Shown here: positions 13,811-27,796 of the stretch, in pieces | Position numbering within the stretch: position 1 is the first letter of the stretch | Layout: each line of letters begins with the position of its first letter | NCBI GenBank assembly: GCA_964276515.1 | Contig: OZ193910.1 | Span: 5,208,001 to 5,272,000 of the forward strand | Length of the DNA: 64,000 bases | Direction: 5' to 3' | DNA from: Gordius albopunctatus | Taxonomy: Eukaryota | Position numbers and translations under genes: made by a program | Notes under the pieces: generated by a model | Databases searched by the model: none | What the model was told of the DNA's origin: nothing | What the model saw: only the letters and a program-made list of their open reading frames with translations

Positions 13811-16800
13811 TTACCAAACAGTTATTGTAGGTTTTAAGGTGTACACAAGAAGAGAGTATATAAATATACATAAAAGCATAATGTTAATAAAATAGCGCTT
13901 GATTTGTGCCACGTCTACATGGGTAAATAATGGTCCCGCACAAAAAGATTCCTGCTTGGATTGACCATTTTGATTCGTATAATGCGAAGTTAGATAAAAT
14001 AATGCCATAAATGCTGCAGCGGATTTGGGATAACTCCAGTTTGAAAACCACGCATAAAATAGGAGGGCAAGACTGTAGCCTAAATAAAGAAAATTATAGG
14101 TAATACAAACGAATATTTTTTGTAAATTATAACAAAAATGAAAAATTTTCCTTACATAATTTGTTCCAAAACATAAGAAAAAACGAAAAAAAAATTATAT
14201 TAATTGTGAAAATGAAATAAAACGGGGTGAGGAAGCGTAGTGGAATTTTTCTGAAAGAGGTGAGCTAACCCAGAGTATAGTAATTGGCTAAAAAGCGGAG
14301 GCTAATCACCGGCTTGTAATGTATAATGATGCCCTGATCGTGTTTGAGGGCAGATGATGGGGTTGTTTGATAACACCGGTAGGGAGATGGTGACTTTTTG
14401 GGACCCGTTTCTGGGACAATCGGTTTCATTCGGATAAAGGGTGAAGCGAGTAGCCATACTAGTTTAAAGTGCAAATCTTCTTTGTGGTACATGATGCTCA
14501 ACCTTGTTTGATACTTGGTATTATAAAATGAATGATATAAACAAAATCAATGATAACTTTAGATATGATGTTAATGATGAAATTCCATTAGAGTTTACAT
14601 CATTGTTATACATTTAATCATCAAATTATAATAATTCAAAAGTGATACAATTATAAATGCCTATTTAGGCAATGTATATACATATATCCAACTAAACTTA
14701 ATGCAGAAGTCACCTTAACTTCCATATTTTAGCGAATCTTAATTTTTCATCTGTCCTTCGCGTTGATGCAACAATTGTCAAAAATGGACTATATAATTTA
14801 AATAAATACCATTTATATTAGTTAAAACCTTGTATTATGAAAAATTGCGCATAAAGCTCTCCTTTAGATGGTCATCAAAGCACCAAATACCTCAAAGTTG
14901 AAATCATTGATAATATAATACAAATAATGGAAAAAGTTGAAAATTTAAATTAATCAAATCTAGAAACAAAAAGTGCCCGTCTCACTATTCGATTTAGATC
15001 AGTGGAAATGCTATGCAACAATCGTACTAGCAACGCATTTTCGTTCGAGCGTATGGGCCTCAAATCATAATCTTCAATAAAGTATCCATGTTCGTAGGGT
15101 CTATTTGGCCACTATTAAATTTAAAAAACAAACAACAACTTTTATTTAATAAAAATAGGTGATGATTTGGTGTATTTATTATTGGATATGAACATATTAT
15201 ACCTTAGGTGTGATTTGATTCAGAAAAGCGGTGTCCGGTTGGGTCGTGGGAAACAAGGAGGCTTGACTTGATCTTTTCGAGCTTGTGATTAGTTGTTGGG
15301 CCGGTAGATTAATTTGACTAGAAGAAGGAGAACTCTGCTTTTTATGCTGATCCAATGGTTCAACTTCGATCTAATTACAATTAAAAGTTATTCGTTTAAA
15401 AAATGATACGCCAATCAAACACATAATTTACAGCATGCAAGATAAAAAACTTATAACTATTTCAGAAATAAAAATAGGGTATCATTTATCCTTCTTATCC
15501 ATAGCCATCATAACTTACATGACCCTTGTCTGTCCAAAAAAATATAATGGTCTCGCCCCGATCCCAAACGGACACCTGTTTCGCGTGCGAGTTTTTACAA
15601 ATTCACCAGTGTAACAACAGGGCTCAAAAAAGTATATATGATATTACCTTAAACATGAAAGATAACATCTGGCACGATTCTTCCAAATAAAATCGACACC
15701 GTTCCACCGCTTCCCACCGTGCCTGGTCTGGTGAATTATCATCGTTCGAGAAAAGGCTAAAGGGGGAATTTTTATCCGTGTTGCCCGAAGCCATCAACCG
15801 TATGAAGTAAGGTGATTCCTCCGGCAAACTGCTATCGCCCCACAAAAAGCAACCGTTATATTTGGCGCTGTAGTAGGCGTACTTGATGTGGTACCAAGCG
15901 TAGTGTTGCCACGCGTATCGTAGTAACATTAAAAGGGTCATACCGAACTTCTGGGCTCTCAGCAAAATTGTGTATGCCAAGAGGCATAGGTAATACTTGG
16001 CGAAACCACTGAGGGTGTAAGTGAAAGATTTGTCTAATGCGTTTATGCGCTTCCCGATAAAATTGTTGCGGCCATGTATCGGGGTAGGAAATGGCTCGCG
16101 TTTGAATTGAGTTGGCGACCCGCTGCAATTGGCAACACTCAGATGTGTTAGGGTATCGCGAATCAAGGGGATAAGACGTCTTTGGATGAGCTCCCCGGTT
16201 TCGGGGCCTCCAAAGTATTTTACATCTCCGGCGTTGTCCTTCAGTCTTTCGGTTTGCGCTAATTTAAACGTGCGGAGAAAATGTCGTCTCATTTACAATA
16301 TAGATGATTAAACTATTTCAAAATGCCAGAGGCTACGTCCAGTCTAATGGTCATGCCCATGTTTACAATTATCGTAGGCCCACCCATTTTTACGTGTTTT
16401 ATATTCATTTAATCAGCATCTGCAGTTATAAATGTTAATGTGATGCACCCAATCCTAATTCCAACCATGAAAAATGATCATACCAAAACAGATAGGATTA
16501 TTTTAAGAAATTTAGCTAACGGCTAAATTTTTTAGTAAACTTAACTTTAGGCGAAATATTCGAACCGATAAGCCATAGACTGTTATGAACTAATTGAGTG
16601 GGAGCATCTATAAATTTACCTTTGGATAAGATGAGGTACAAGTCGTTTTTGAGGTAAATCTGCCATACAAAATAACACCGAAAAGGTATATTTAGTAAAG
16701 GGATATATTTGATTTATATAATTAAATTTGCTCTCATACCACCTACCTTTAAAACGCGGTACAATTGGTAGGCGTTGGCCAAGAGGGTTAGGTCGTATCG

Positions 16801-19800
16801 AATGACCCGAGTCAAAAATTGATGGAATAGGTTACCGTAAAATCGTGGGTTTTCCACAACGTAATTTTTCCTAAATTCCAGGAGATTAATTTGTATTAGA
16901 GCATACAAAATCCAAAAAATCCAATTTACCATTGATAGATGGAGGATTTGTATCGAACGTTTCCGACGCCTAAATTGCATTCGTAACGCCAAGGCTGAAG
17001 GTAAGTGAGCCAAGATTCCAGTGGCTAGGTTGTTAATTTATATTTATTTTAAAAATAGAATGAATGATTTTCAACTGAATAATGCACCCCCTTTCCCCAT
17101 TATACAAACTTCGTTTTTAAATACGCGCATTCCTAATCTTATTAGATTACTTTCACATGCCATTATGGCTAAATAAAATCTTTGAATAATACTAAATGAA
17201 AATAGATAAAGCACAAATTTTTATAAATTTTGTTGTTTTATTTATTTTTGACTATTTTATGTTTAAATCCCAAAAATTTTTTGGATATTTCGTTTCAAAT
17301 TGTAAGGGACCAAACTTTAAGTTATTCATAAAAATGTTAGGTGAAGGCAGTAGTTAAAATTAATTTTTATTTAAATCTAAACAAGGTTAAAATGGGAATA
17401 TTTAGCAAAAATGTTTGGTAAGACCATTACTAAAAATTTATAGGGGTAAATTTATCCAAAATTGGGGTGACAATGTTTTAAGATTTCAGAACCCTTAGGA
17501 AATAACTTCTGATTTTAGGCGAATAAATAAGGACAATAAAGCGTCTTACGTATTTAAAGGTGGACAGCAAAGGCCATTTGGTAAATAAGCAGCTGTAATA
17601 TCGGTATAAATCGTCCTTCACGAATAACGGCACCACATATCTAATCAAATATGCTTATTAATGTGGAAAATCAATTTTTCATTCCAAAATAGGTTTACAA
17701 ATTATATGAGTCATAATAACATAGGTAAAGTAAAAGCCAAAGGGGTAGTGTACTGCTGCAAGGCGTTCAAGCCTTTGTAAGAGCTGTCCTGCTGAGTGCT
17801 TGATGTAGGGGGGCTTCCAACAGTTGTCCCCGCACTTTGACACAAGTCGTACAGGGGTGGAAGCGAGGATGTCTTGGACCCGTTAGTAGGGCAAAAAGTT
17901 AGAAAATGTTTCACCAATAACCGGACCAAGCAAACTTCGTTTATGGAGGGCATGTTAGATTGGGGGGAGCCGCTCTAAACATCGTATAAACTGCTTAATA
18001 TATTTTGTTTTTAGTTACGCCATTTTCCAAATATTATTATAATTGCCTTGACTTTTAAAACGCGAAGAGTCAGGCGAATAGCAAAAATGCGAATTAAAAT
18101 TTTTAACAGGCCTCCACTACATTTAAAATAGTCGAAAAATGCCATACTTTTAGCAAAATTGATATAGGGCAAAAGATTATATGAATACATTAATTAGTTT
18201 AGTATTAAGTGTCATTACAGCTAAGGTAAAAAATCAATGTTAATAATATAAGGGCGAGGGTTGTATTACTTGAAAATCCATAAAGGACTGATACCGAGAT
18301 CCTGTGAATGGTTTAACGAGTGTTTCCATCATGATCTATCAATTATAATAAATGATATTAGCAATATTTAGTGCAAGGTAGATCGACGCGCAGAATTTTA
18401 AAATAGACATTTTCACACATAAGTTTCAACAAATATTTTAGCATATGAGACTATTTTTAACCCTCTATGTCATGCCATTTTATTTTGTGGTAGCACGCAA
18501 GTTTGTGGTTAACCCCGTACATTAATGTAATGAAAGTCGACAGGAAAAAGCTAGACACCGTACATTATAGTCAAAAATTCATTAATCTTCATACATATTA
18601 GAGATCAGAGACAACGTCGTAAAAGTAAATTTTCTGGAGGGTCCGGACGGGCTAATAAGATTCGGGCGATTCGGGCTCAATGGCATTTTTTCCATAGTGT
18701 TTTTTTGTTTTCGTTTATTATTTTATCACTTTATTATATGTATAATATAATACTTATTAATCGTTGTACTTATCCAAAAAATCTAATGTTTCGGCTATGG
18801 CCGACGGACACTTAGAAGGGTTCGGGCTGGCCTGGGTGGGCGGTTCAGTTATAAAAACGGATCAGGTCGAATTCGAGCGAAGAAATTACAACAAATCTGA
18901 CCATTCATACAAAAAGCCTCGAATCAAAACATCATGTTAGTTTTAGAGAATATAAAGCAAAATTCTTTGCTGTCAAAACTCGAAATTCGTATTAATTCGT
19001 CTAACTTGTAAAAAGATGAGAGAGGGCATATTTGACGGAGCGAGCAGGTTGTTGATCAAGCTGTCAGTTCTATCGAGAATGGTAACGTCAAACGTTGAAG
19101 GGGTTAGCCCGTACTTGGAGAGCAAAAGGTCCAAGATGAATGAACCCAAACCCCATTGAGGATCTTTAAAGGTGCTACGATTATTTCCCAAAACTCTTCC
19201 TACTCTCGGACCCAAAGTGCTTCTACATAAATATATATGTCATTAAATTCCCGTTGTAAAAGCACACCATTCCTCTAAAAACACCCCCAAAATATCAAGC
19301 ATTAAATTTTAAAAAATTTCGAATAGAACGGTGTATAATTAGCTACATTAATTTTGATCATTTTTATGAGAAAATAAAACTAATTTTTAGCTTGCGTAAT
19401 ATTCTGAAATTTCACTGTCTTTAGTAAAACTTTTTTGTCAAACAATTCTAAATGATAAGTAAATATAAATTCAATTAAGATAAAACAAGCTTTGTCAAAA
19501 GTTTATTTTGTATATCAATTATACATAAACTTAAATATTAAGCCCTACCAAGGCCCCCTTATGACCTCATCCCGCAGACGGCTCTTTTGTCATGTGCCTG
19601 GCCCGGCCAAAAAATTATTTTTGAGCCGAACACGCGGCGATTATGCAGACCTCTAGTGCCATTAATAATAATCATTGTTGCCCTTAAATATATACAAAAA
19701 TATTGGTAGCCGCAACGCATTATTTGGGGGACCTTTAAAGCGACATATATTGCCATAATTCAAAAACATTTCTTAGAAGCCCTTTATTCATATGACGGAA

Positions 19801-21139
19801 TAAGAGATGATAAATAAAGCCGTACCTTTGGGTCGGCAAGTTGCGAAAATTGAAGGTGGAAAAAGCATTGTTGGTTGAATGGAGGAGATAGGACCCATAG
19901 GGGAAAAAGTAGTTGCAATAAAGGGTGAAAAGTTCTTCATAGACAGAGCCAGCCAAAGTGTCTACACACTCTTCTTCCTAACACAAATGACAAAACATCT
20001 CAATAAAATTTCAAATTGATTTACGTTTGGCGACATGATAGGCATCTAAAACAATTTCTATCTTAAATAATATTAGGCAAGAACAAGCCAAATTTGGCAG
20101 AGATATTCCAGAATAAATTTTAATAAGCTACTGATATAAAAATCATAACAAACAATAACATCCTTTGTAAATTATTTATAAATGGCTTGGAGGCCTTAGA
20201 ACCCTAGGGAGTGTTAAAAGTTTAAAGTGACAATCTTTAATGCTCAAATTAAAAAAAAAACAATTAATAATTTTTAATGTTTTTGTGTCTAGATAATATC
20301 TGAGTAATTTTCTCTATAAAAAATCAGTTGCTACAAATTAAAAGCGTTATAAGGAAAGAGTACATAAATCCAAAAAATATTTATGCAGATCTAAAATTTT
20401 GGCAAATATATAGCACTAATCATGATAGAATAACATTTCAATGAATTTAAGTTACAAACTAGCTTTTAAAATTCATGTAAATTTAAAATAATACCTTAAC
20501 TTTGATAGCATCAATAAATCCAAAAAATTTCCAAAAATAGAATTCAAATGCATCTTAAATTTTAATAATATTTCGAATAGTTATATTTACTTGATAGAAT
20601 TATGTTCCTTTTACTTGTATATGCATTATTTTGAAAATGATTAAAAGATAAAATTTCATTTTCAGTATTCTAATATTATATATTATTCTATGCATGGTTA
20701 TAGAAAACTTACTTGAGTATCTATACTTAGTGAGAACTGATTATTATCAGCAAGAAGTTGCTTAATTATATCAAATATTAATCCACCTGGATTCAGTAAC
20801 AAAATAATTGATTCAAAATCAAACTGTTGAGTGTCTTTATAAATAATATCAAGATTCCACCCAGTATCAACATCAAATATTTGTTGAATTACAAGAGGAA
20901 TTATATCTCCACAGTTCTTTAAGTAAGATATGATAGAATGGTAAATTATACTTTTTGAGGAAGGGATTGGAGTAGATTGGTTAGTTCAAAACAACTATCA
21001 GATATTGGAAGTTTTAAAGCCCAACATATTTGTTCCTATTTTATTAAAAATAAATAACAAAATATTTAAAACATTTAAATTTAAATAAAGAAATAGTTAA
21101 TGCTTTAAAAACACCAAAAATGTATACCCTGGTATCCAT
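13811..21139 (-). CDS. SMPD4: Sphingomyelin phosphodiesterase 4 (neutral SMase 3)-like, multi-exon
   Basis: Minus-strand exons translate in order to segments resembling SMPD4 as I recall it: QQIFDVDTGWNL, LLLNPGG, YCNYFFP, EVCLVRLLVKHF, YVVENPRFYGNLF...RYDL, YLEESCQML, RSNENALLVRLL, SLRFLANYYTL, hydrophobic C-terminus. Predicted first exon MDTR at 21128-21139; 35-nt intron at 20917-20951. Not every internal boundary was resolved. Confidence 0.82.
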
Positions 21140-21171
21140 ATGTGTTGACAGCTGATATAGTTCTAAATTAC

Positions 21172-21426
21172 GGCGCCTATAAACTCGCCGAAAATAACCT
21201 TGCCGAATTCACCCTGGGACATTAATGATCATAAAGAATGCCCTAAATTGAGTACATTTTATAATAAATATCATATTTAATATAAAAAATACCTAAATTA
21301 TAACTTTAATCCGAAATTAGATGATTAATATGCATTTTTGTTGGGGACATTTCTATCTGGGTGAAATTTTTTAACATTAGGACCTTCAATTCAGCAAAAT
21401 GATTTTCGGCAAGTTGACGGGCCACC
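21172..21426. mobile_element. Mutator-like MITE just upstream of SMPD4
   Basis: GG...CC termini with imperfect TIRs (AACTCGCCGAAAAT / ATTTTCGGCAAGTT) and exact 9-bp TSD CTAAATTAC. Confidence 0.75.
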
Positions 21427-21813
21427 CTAAATTACCAAATCAAATAGCTACGAATTCTTTTAGCTTATTGAAAATTTACGTAATGAACAATGTTTACATG
21501 GGTCTGTAGAGGCTACGAATTTAATTAAAAAACCTCGCTTATATTTTATCATCGCCTGACTTATTCAAATTATTATTCACGCACCCTAATAATAGCTCCT
21601 CGCTTATACTTTATCATCGCCTGACTTATTCAAATTATTATTCACGCACCCTAATCATAAAAGTGAATACATTTAAGTATTTGAATGTCTCGCAAATTAT
21701 TATATACACAAATAACCTCGCAGAGATTTGTATATAAACGCGATGTTATTAAATAAAAGAATTCATTCATTTTTCCATGATCTTTTAACTTAACAGCACT
21801 TTAAACTTAACAT

Positions 21814-22626
21814 TTGGTGACCCCTAAAATGTCCACCCAACCATCTGATATGGAGGTTAAAAGCGAAAATGCCACATATTTTAAACTGCCACAGTTTAAC
21901 AATATAAATACCCGCTCATGGTTCACTCAAATAGAGGCTCTTTTCTTTGTTAGAAAGATAAAAAGCGAAACTACCAAGGCTGGGTACTTAATAGAAGCCT
22001 TGCCACTGGAAATAACTGTCGAAATTCAAGACATCCTACAAAATATGCCCGACATTTTACCCTATACAACCATTAAAGCCGCCATCATAGACCGCACAAG
22101 CCAATCCGATTCTGCTAGACTTCGTGCTCTTCTCACAACTGTGGAATTAGGAGATCGTACCCCATCCCAGCTTCTGCGCTTCATGAAAAATCTTCTGGGA
22201 ACGAATTCCATGGATGAACGAGTTCTTAAAGAATTTTGGATAGAAAAACTTCCAAAAAACATGATCGGTATTTTGGCAATTGTTTCTGACGAGCAGCCCC
22301 TCTCCAAATTAGCCGAAACTGCAGACAAAATTGTAGAGACCTACCACACCTCCACATGTTCTAGTGTAAATGTAGTCACGGAAAATGAATCGACTCGGCT
22401 TAGGGAGATGATTGCAAAACTCACCCAGGAGGTCCAAAATTTAAAAGTCTCAATCAATAGGCCACGTGATCGTTCCAACTCGAGACGCCGCAACCCCTCT
22501 ACCGTTCGCCACCCTAGCTCGCAGGTTCAACCAAATCTCGTTTGTTGGTACCATTATCGCTTTAAAGACAAGGCGCTCAAATGCGTGCAACCTTGCGCAT
22601 TTAACCTCCCCGCAACAAACGAATAG
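21814..22626 (+). CDS. gag: Gypsy Gag (first ATG a few codons in)
   Basis: [26 protein letters not shown] and a C-terminal CWYHYRF..A.KC..PC knuckle. Confidence 0.9.
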   Translation: MVTPKMSTQPSDMEVKSENATYFKLPQFNNINTRSWFTQIEALFFVRKIKSETTKAGYLIEALPLEITVEIQDILQNMPDILPYTTIKAAIIDRTSQSDSARLRALLTTVELGDRTPSQLLRFMKNLLGTNSMDERVLKEFWIEKLPKNMIGILAIVSDEQPLSKLAETADKIVETYHTSTCSSVNVVTENESTRLREMIAKLTQEVQNLKVSINRPRDRSNSRRRNPSTVRHPSSQVQPNLVCWYHYRFKDKALKCVQPCAFNLPATNE

Positions 22627-25600
22627 ACCACCCAGGGATGGCGACGCCTGGACTTGGTCTAAAACTTAGTCGCTTATTTTACATTTTCGACAAATCCACG
22701 GGCCTACGATTCCTCATTGACACAGGCGCAGAGATTTCCATTATTCCGCCTTCCCGAGACCATCCTTTGACCCCTTCCTATGTGCAACTCCAGGCCGCCA
22801 ATTCTACCCCTATCAAAACATATGGCCAAAAGCTTTTCACTTTGGACCTCGGCCTACGCAAAGAATTTAGATGGATTTTTACAATTGCAGACGTTAAACA
22901 GCCAATAATCGGAGCCGATTTTCTTAATCACTACCATCTGGTAGTTGATATAAAAAAGAAGCAGCTCTTCGATACTCAAACGACATTAACATCTGCAGGT
23001 AAGGCTACACTCGCGACGTCAATCAACATACAAGTTGGGATAATTGGCACCTCTCCCATCAAATCACTACTTCAGAAGTATGCCTCCATAGTGTCCCCTT
23101 CTGATTATAAGGCTCAAGTAACTCACAGCACTCAACACCACATCCACACCAACGGCCCTCCGGTTCACTCAAAACCAAGGAGACTTTTCCCGGACAAGCT
23201 TAAGATTGCCCGAGACGAATTTACTCACATGCTCGAACTTGGTATAATCCGTCCCTCTAACAGTGACTGGTCCTCACCCCTGCACATGGTACCCAAGAAG
23301 GCCGCGGGAGATTGGAGACCTTGTGGCGACTATCGCATGCTCAACAGTCGTACAATTCCCGATCGTTATCCCCTTCCACACCTCCAGGACTTTGCGCTGA
23401 CCCTTTGCAATAAAACGGTATTCTCAAAGATCGATTTAGTCAGGGCTTACCACCAAATTCCAATGGCCCCAGAGGATATTTCTAAAACCGCCATCACAAC
23501 CCCGTTCGGTCTTTTTGAATTTCTTCGCATGCCATTTGGCCTTCGCAACGCTGCTCAGACGTTTCAACGTTTATGGACCAAGTTTTTAGAGAACTTGACT
23601 TTGTTTTTGTTTACCTTGACGACGTTCTCATCGCGAGTTCTTCCATTAACGAACACCACAATCATATTAGACTGGTTTTTGAAAGACTCAAGACTTTCGG
23701 TCTTAAAATCAGTCAGGATAAATGCGTATGGTGCCAAAACGAAATTTTTTTTTTGGGACACAAAATCACCCCTCAAGGTTTGTCACCCCTTCAGGACAAG
23801 GTAGAAGCAATCCTCAATTTCCCACACCCAACCTCGATGACTCAGTTGAGACGCTTCTTAGGGATGATTAATTTTTATAGACGTTTTATTCCAATGTGTG
23901 CCGATTTACTCAAAGCTCTCACCGATATGCTCGACGGTTCAAAGAAGACAATATCCTGCACCCCGGAAGCTTCGACTGCTTTTAACAATGCCAAACTCGC
24001 TTTAAGCAATGTCGTGCCTCTTTCCCATCTTCAAAAAGACGCTAAATTCTCAATCACCACCGACGCCTCCAGCTCAGCCGTAGGAGCCGTATTACATCAA
24101 ACAACTAACGATAAGACGCTGCCTTTAGTTTTTTTTTCCCAAAAGCTAACAAAAACTCAACAACGATATAGTGCATTCGGTCGCGAATTATTAGCAATAT
24201 ATTTAACAATCCGCCATTACCGCCATTTTTTAGAGGGTCATGAATTCACTATTTATACAGACCACAAGCCACTAACTTATGCTTTCAGTACACCTATCGA
24301 CAAATACTCCCCGCGGGAGATTAGACAGTTAGACTATATTTCGCAATATTCTACCGATCTACAATATATAGCTGGCAAATCAAATGTAGTCGCTGACACC
24401 CTCTCAAGGTCTGAAATTGATTCCGTTGATTTTAAAGACAGGCCTCTAGTTGAAAGGTTAGCTTTGGCTCAGATGGAAGAAAATTCGACATTTCAAGACC
24501 TAAAGTCTCTAAAAATAACGCAACTTCCTATACCGGGCTCTGATTTGACCGTGCAATGCGACATGTCCACAACCTCACCTCGACCACTCGTCCCAACTTC
24601 ACTCAGACGCGTAATTTTCGATAACTTCCACAACTTATCACACCCTGGTACGCGTGCAACACTTAAGCTGATTTCACGCCGATATGTTTGGCCCTCCATC
24701 AATATGGATGTAAGAAAATGGGCCAAATCATGCGTTGCTTGTCAAAAATCGAAAATTCATCGTCACATAAAGGCCCCTTTAGGTACATTTGCTGAACCAG
24801 ACGCTCGATTTAGCCACATCCACGTCGATCTCGTTGGTCCACTACCACCGTCAAATGGATATACCCACTTACTCACGATTATTGACCGTTTCACACGATG
24901 GCCTGTCGCCATGCCGATCCATGACACCTCAGCCCAAACGGTTGCAAAAGCTCTGATCAAGTATTGGATAGCTGACCTCGGAGTACCATCAAGCCTCACA
25001 ACAGATAGAGGTCCCCAGTTTGAGTCCCAATTATTTCGGAATCTCACGCAACTTCTTGGTGTAAATCACATCACAACCACTGCCTATCACCCACAAGCTA
25101 ATGGCATGATTGAGAGATTTCATCGACAGCTGAAAAGTTCCTTGATGGCACAAGGTGACACAACCAAATGGGATGAGCTCTTACCATTAATTTTGCTTGG
25201 CATTCGAACCACCATCAAGGAAGATTTAGGTTGCACTCCAGCCGAATTAGTTTATGGCACTACACTTAGACTTCCCGGCGAATTTTTCACGAACTCAAGT
25301 ACACCTCACAACGCCTCCGAATTTATTAAAGGCCTAAAACAACATTTTTACCATTTGCCTTTTAAAAAGGTCAGGACACAATCTACAAATGCGGATACAA
25401 CTTCACTTCTTAGGGAATGTAAATACGTTTTTATCCGTAATGATTTCGTTCGAAAAAGTTTGGTGCCACCATATGACGGACCGTTCAGAGTAAAGTCCAA
25501 ACATGCTAAATATTTCATTATTGAAAAAAACGGAAAAGCTGACTCAATTTCGATCGAGCGACTGAAACCTGCATATTTAGATACTTCAACTCAGCCGTTT

Positions 25601-25756
25601 ACGGATACCGAAAATTCAAATCCATCCAAATCTAGGCCTACCGACAAAATCGCTGAACCAGCTAACTCCGACCCAGACCTAACAAAATCAAAAGAAAACC
25701 CATACATCACATCGAGAGGAAGGCACGTGCATTGGCGCTATAAACTACTACACTAA
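22605..25756 (+). pseudogene. pol: Gypsy Pol (protease, RT, RNase H, integrase) with a 1-nt frameshift near 23570
   Basis: [30 protein letters not shown] and GPF motifs. CGTTTATG where CGTTTTATG (R-F-M) is expected splits the ORF. Confidence 0.92.
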
Positions 25757-26872
25757 CCACAACTCTCCGAGTGAAGGCCCGATGATAGTTGTAGAGGCTA
25801 CGAATTTAATTAAAAAACCTCGCTTATACTTTATCATCGCCTGACTTATTCAAATTATTATTCACGCACCCTAATAATAGCTCCTCGCTTATACTTTATC
25901 ATCGCCTGACTTATTCAAATTATTATTCACGCACCCTAATCATAAAAGTGAATACATTTAAGTATTTGAATGTCTCGCAAATTATTATATACACAAATAA
26001 CCTCGCAGAGATGTGTATATAAACGCGATGTTATTAAATAAAAGAATTCATTCATTTTTCCATGATCTTTTAACTTAACAGCACTTTAAACTTAACAGGT
26101 CTAGCCAAGAGGGGGAGCGGGAAAAAATTATCAAACTCCCATAAGGACTAAGTCACCCATAAATACATCAAAATTTTATACATATATTTTTTTTATTGTT
26201 AATTTTATTTTTCTGAACTCACTTGTTCACTTGTAAAAAAACTTGGTTAAGTATCTTCATCACAAGATTATCTGGCCCTTCCACACATAAGTAGCAATTC
26301 TTAAATTAAAGGAGTTTCACCAATCGGAATACTTGATTTTCCTCTCGTTTTCAGAATACTTCCTTACTATGCAAAAAAATTAACCTTGTGTTCTAGTTTC
26401 TATTTTTATAGTGTTTTTTATTTATTACTCAGAATTCATATCTTTTTAGAAGTCCTATTTGCTAAAAAAAATTGCCCACTGGCCCGGTTCAAGTTTACAT
26501 TATAACTAAATTTCTCACAGGGTGCGCTATCCTTACAAAAGTTTGCCCCGCCATGCTCGACTTATTAAAGCTGCCCAAACTGCAATGTTCAAATAATGAT
26601 TCTTTAATTCTTGGCAATAATTTCGTTACATTTACGATAAATTAAAAAAACTGATTCTTATTTCAGATAAGCACACGATTAGTAAATATTATACAATCAA
26701 ATAAAAAGGTGACATAAATATACACTACAAATAGTAATACAAGGCCTGAACTCGAAGCTTGTTACGCGGTTATTGCGACACCCGGCCTGGACCGTGGACT
26801 TTTTTCATCTCTCATCTTGATTATATTCTAAATAAAAATTATAAAAAATGAAAATCCTGGCTATGTGCCTGA

Positions 26873-27230
26873 ATTTTTTTTTTATTTATATGTTGTTTAT
26901 TTGAACGTAAGAACATTATAAAAACGAAGTGTCAAAATTCGAAGAATATAAAAACGGGTGTAAAACTAAATAAAGATATTATGATTCAAAAATGTCGCAT
27001 GTGTCATCTTGTAAAAGTGACCAACTGTCGGCCAGGGATTTAAAATTGTACTTTGCTATAAAAATACTAATTTTTTGTTTAAGTAAAAAATTTGTGGAAA
27101 ATTTAGAAGGCGGGCAGCGACGGCTGATTTCTTTAAAAAGCTTAATAGCGGCCGGACCAAAAGTGCCAGAAAACGAGGCAAGATAGGGGTAAAGATATTA
27201 GATGGTAGGAGGGCCTGGTATTTTAATTTA
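26873..27230 (-). mobile_element. 3' fragment of a CRE-like non-LTR element
   Basis: Similar to 32300-32600; poly(T) on + near 26873-26884 corresponds to the element's poly(A) tail. Confidence 0.55.
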
Positions 27231-27796
27231 AAAGTCACTTACTTTAGGCTCGAGGTTATGCAAATGGTTGGTTAAATTGATATATAAGTTAAAATTAATG
27301 TATTTTCCGAATATTTTACAAATTACACCCCTCATTTTATAAAGCTTCTTAATATATTTCAAACAAGCCTATTCTTTGTTGCAAAACTTTGATGTTGCTC
27401 ACCTCCTATGCTGACCCTCTAAGTGTACCATTATAACAAATCGCAATCTAATTTATTACTATCCACCGGGCTCAAAGCTTAGCTCTATGGAAAAAGTTAT
27501 ATGTAAATCGTATTGATTATATAACATTATGTCTCAATTCATAGGGAAATCCATGTAATTAGCTTTTTACCTCGTTAGTTCTTATATACAATTTAATTAT
27601 TATTTGCTAATAAAAATAGATTTAGAAAAGTTAGATTAAAATCTTATTTAGGATAAATAATGTTTTGATAGTGTGAATAATCAGAAATACGAAAATTGTA
27701 AATATGTAGAATGGTTTGAACTAATATGAATGTCAGTCATGCAAGCGCATCATAAGTCGTTGGAAACCTATGTTCAAGATAAAACGTAGACAATCT

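Larger units (their letters stand above)
21505..26097 (+). mobile_element. Full-length Ty3/Gypsy LTR retrotransposon
   Basis: 308-bp LTRs (21505-21812, 25790-26097) with TG...CA ends and 2 mismatches seen; 4-bp TSD GGTC; PBS TGGTGACCCC (tRNA-Trp-like) near 21815; gag followed by PR-RT-RH-IN. Confidence 0.97.
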
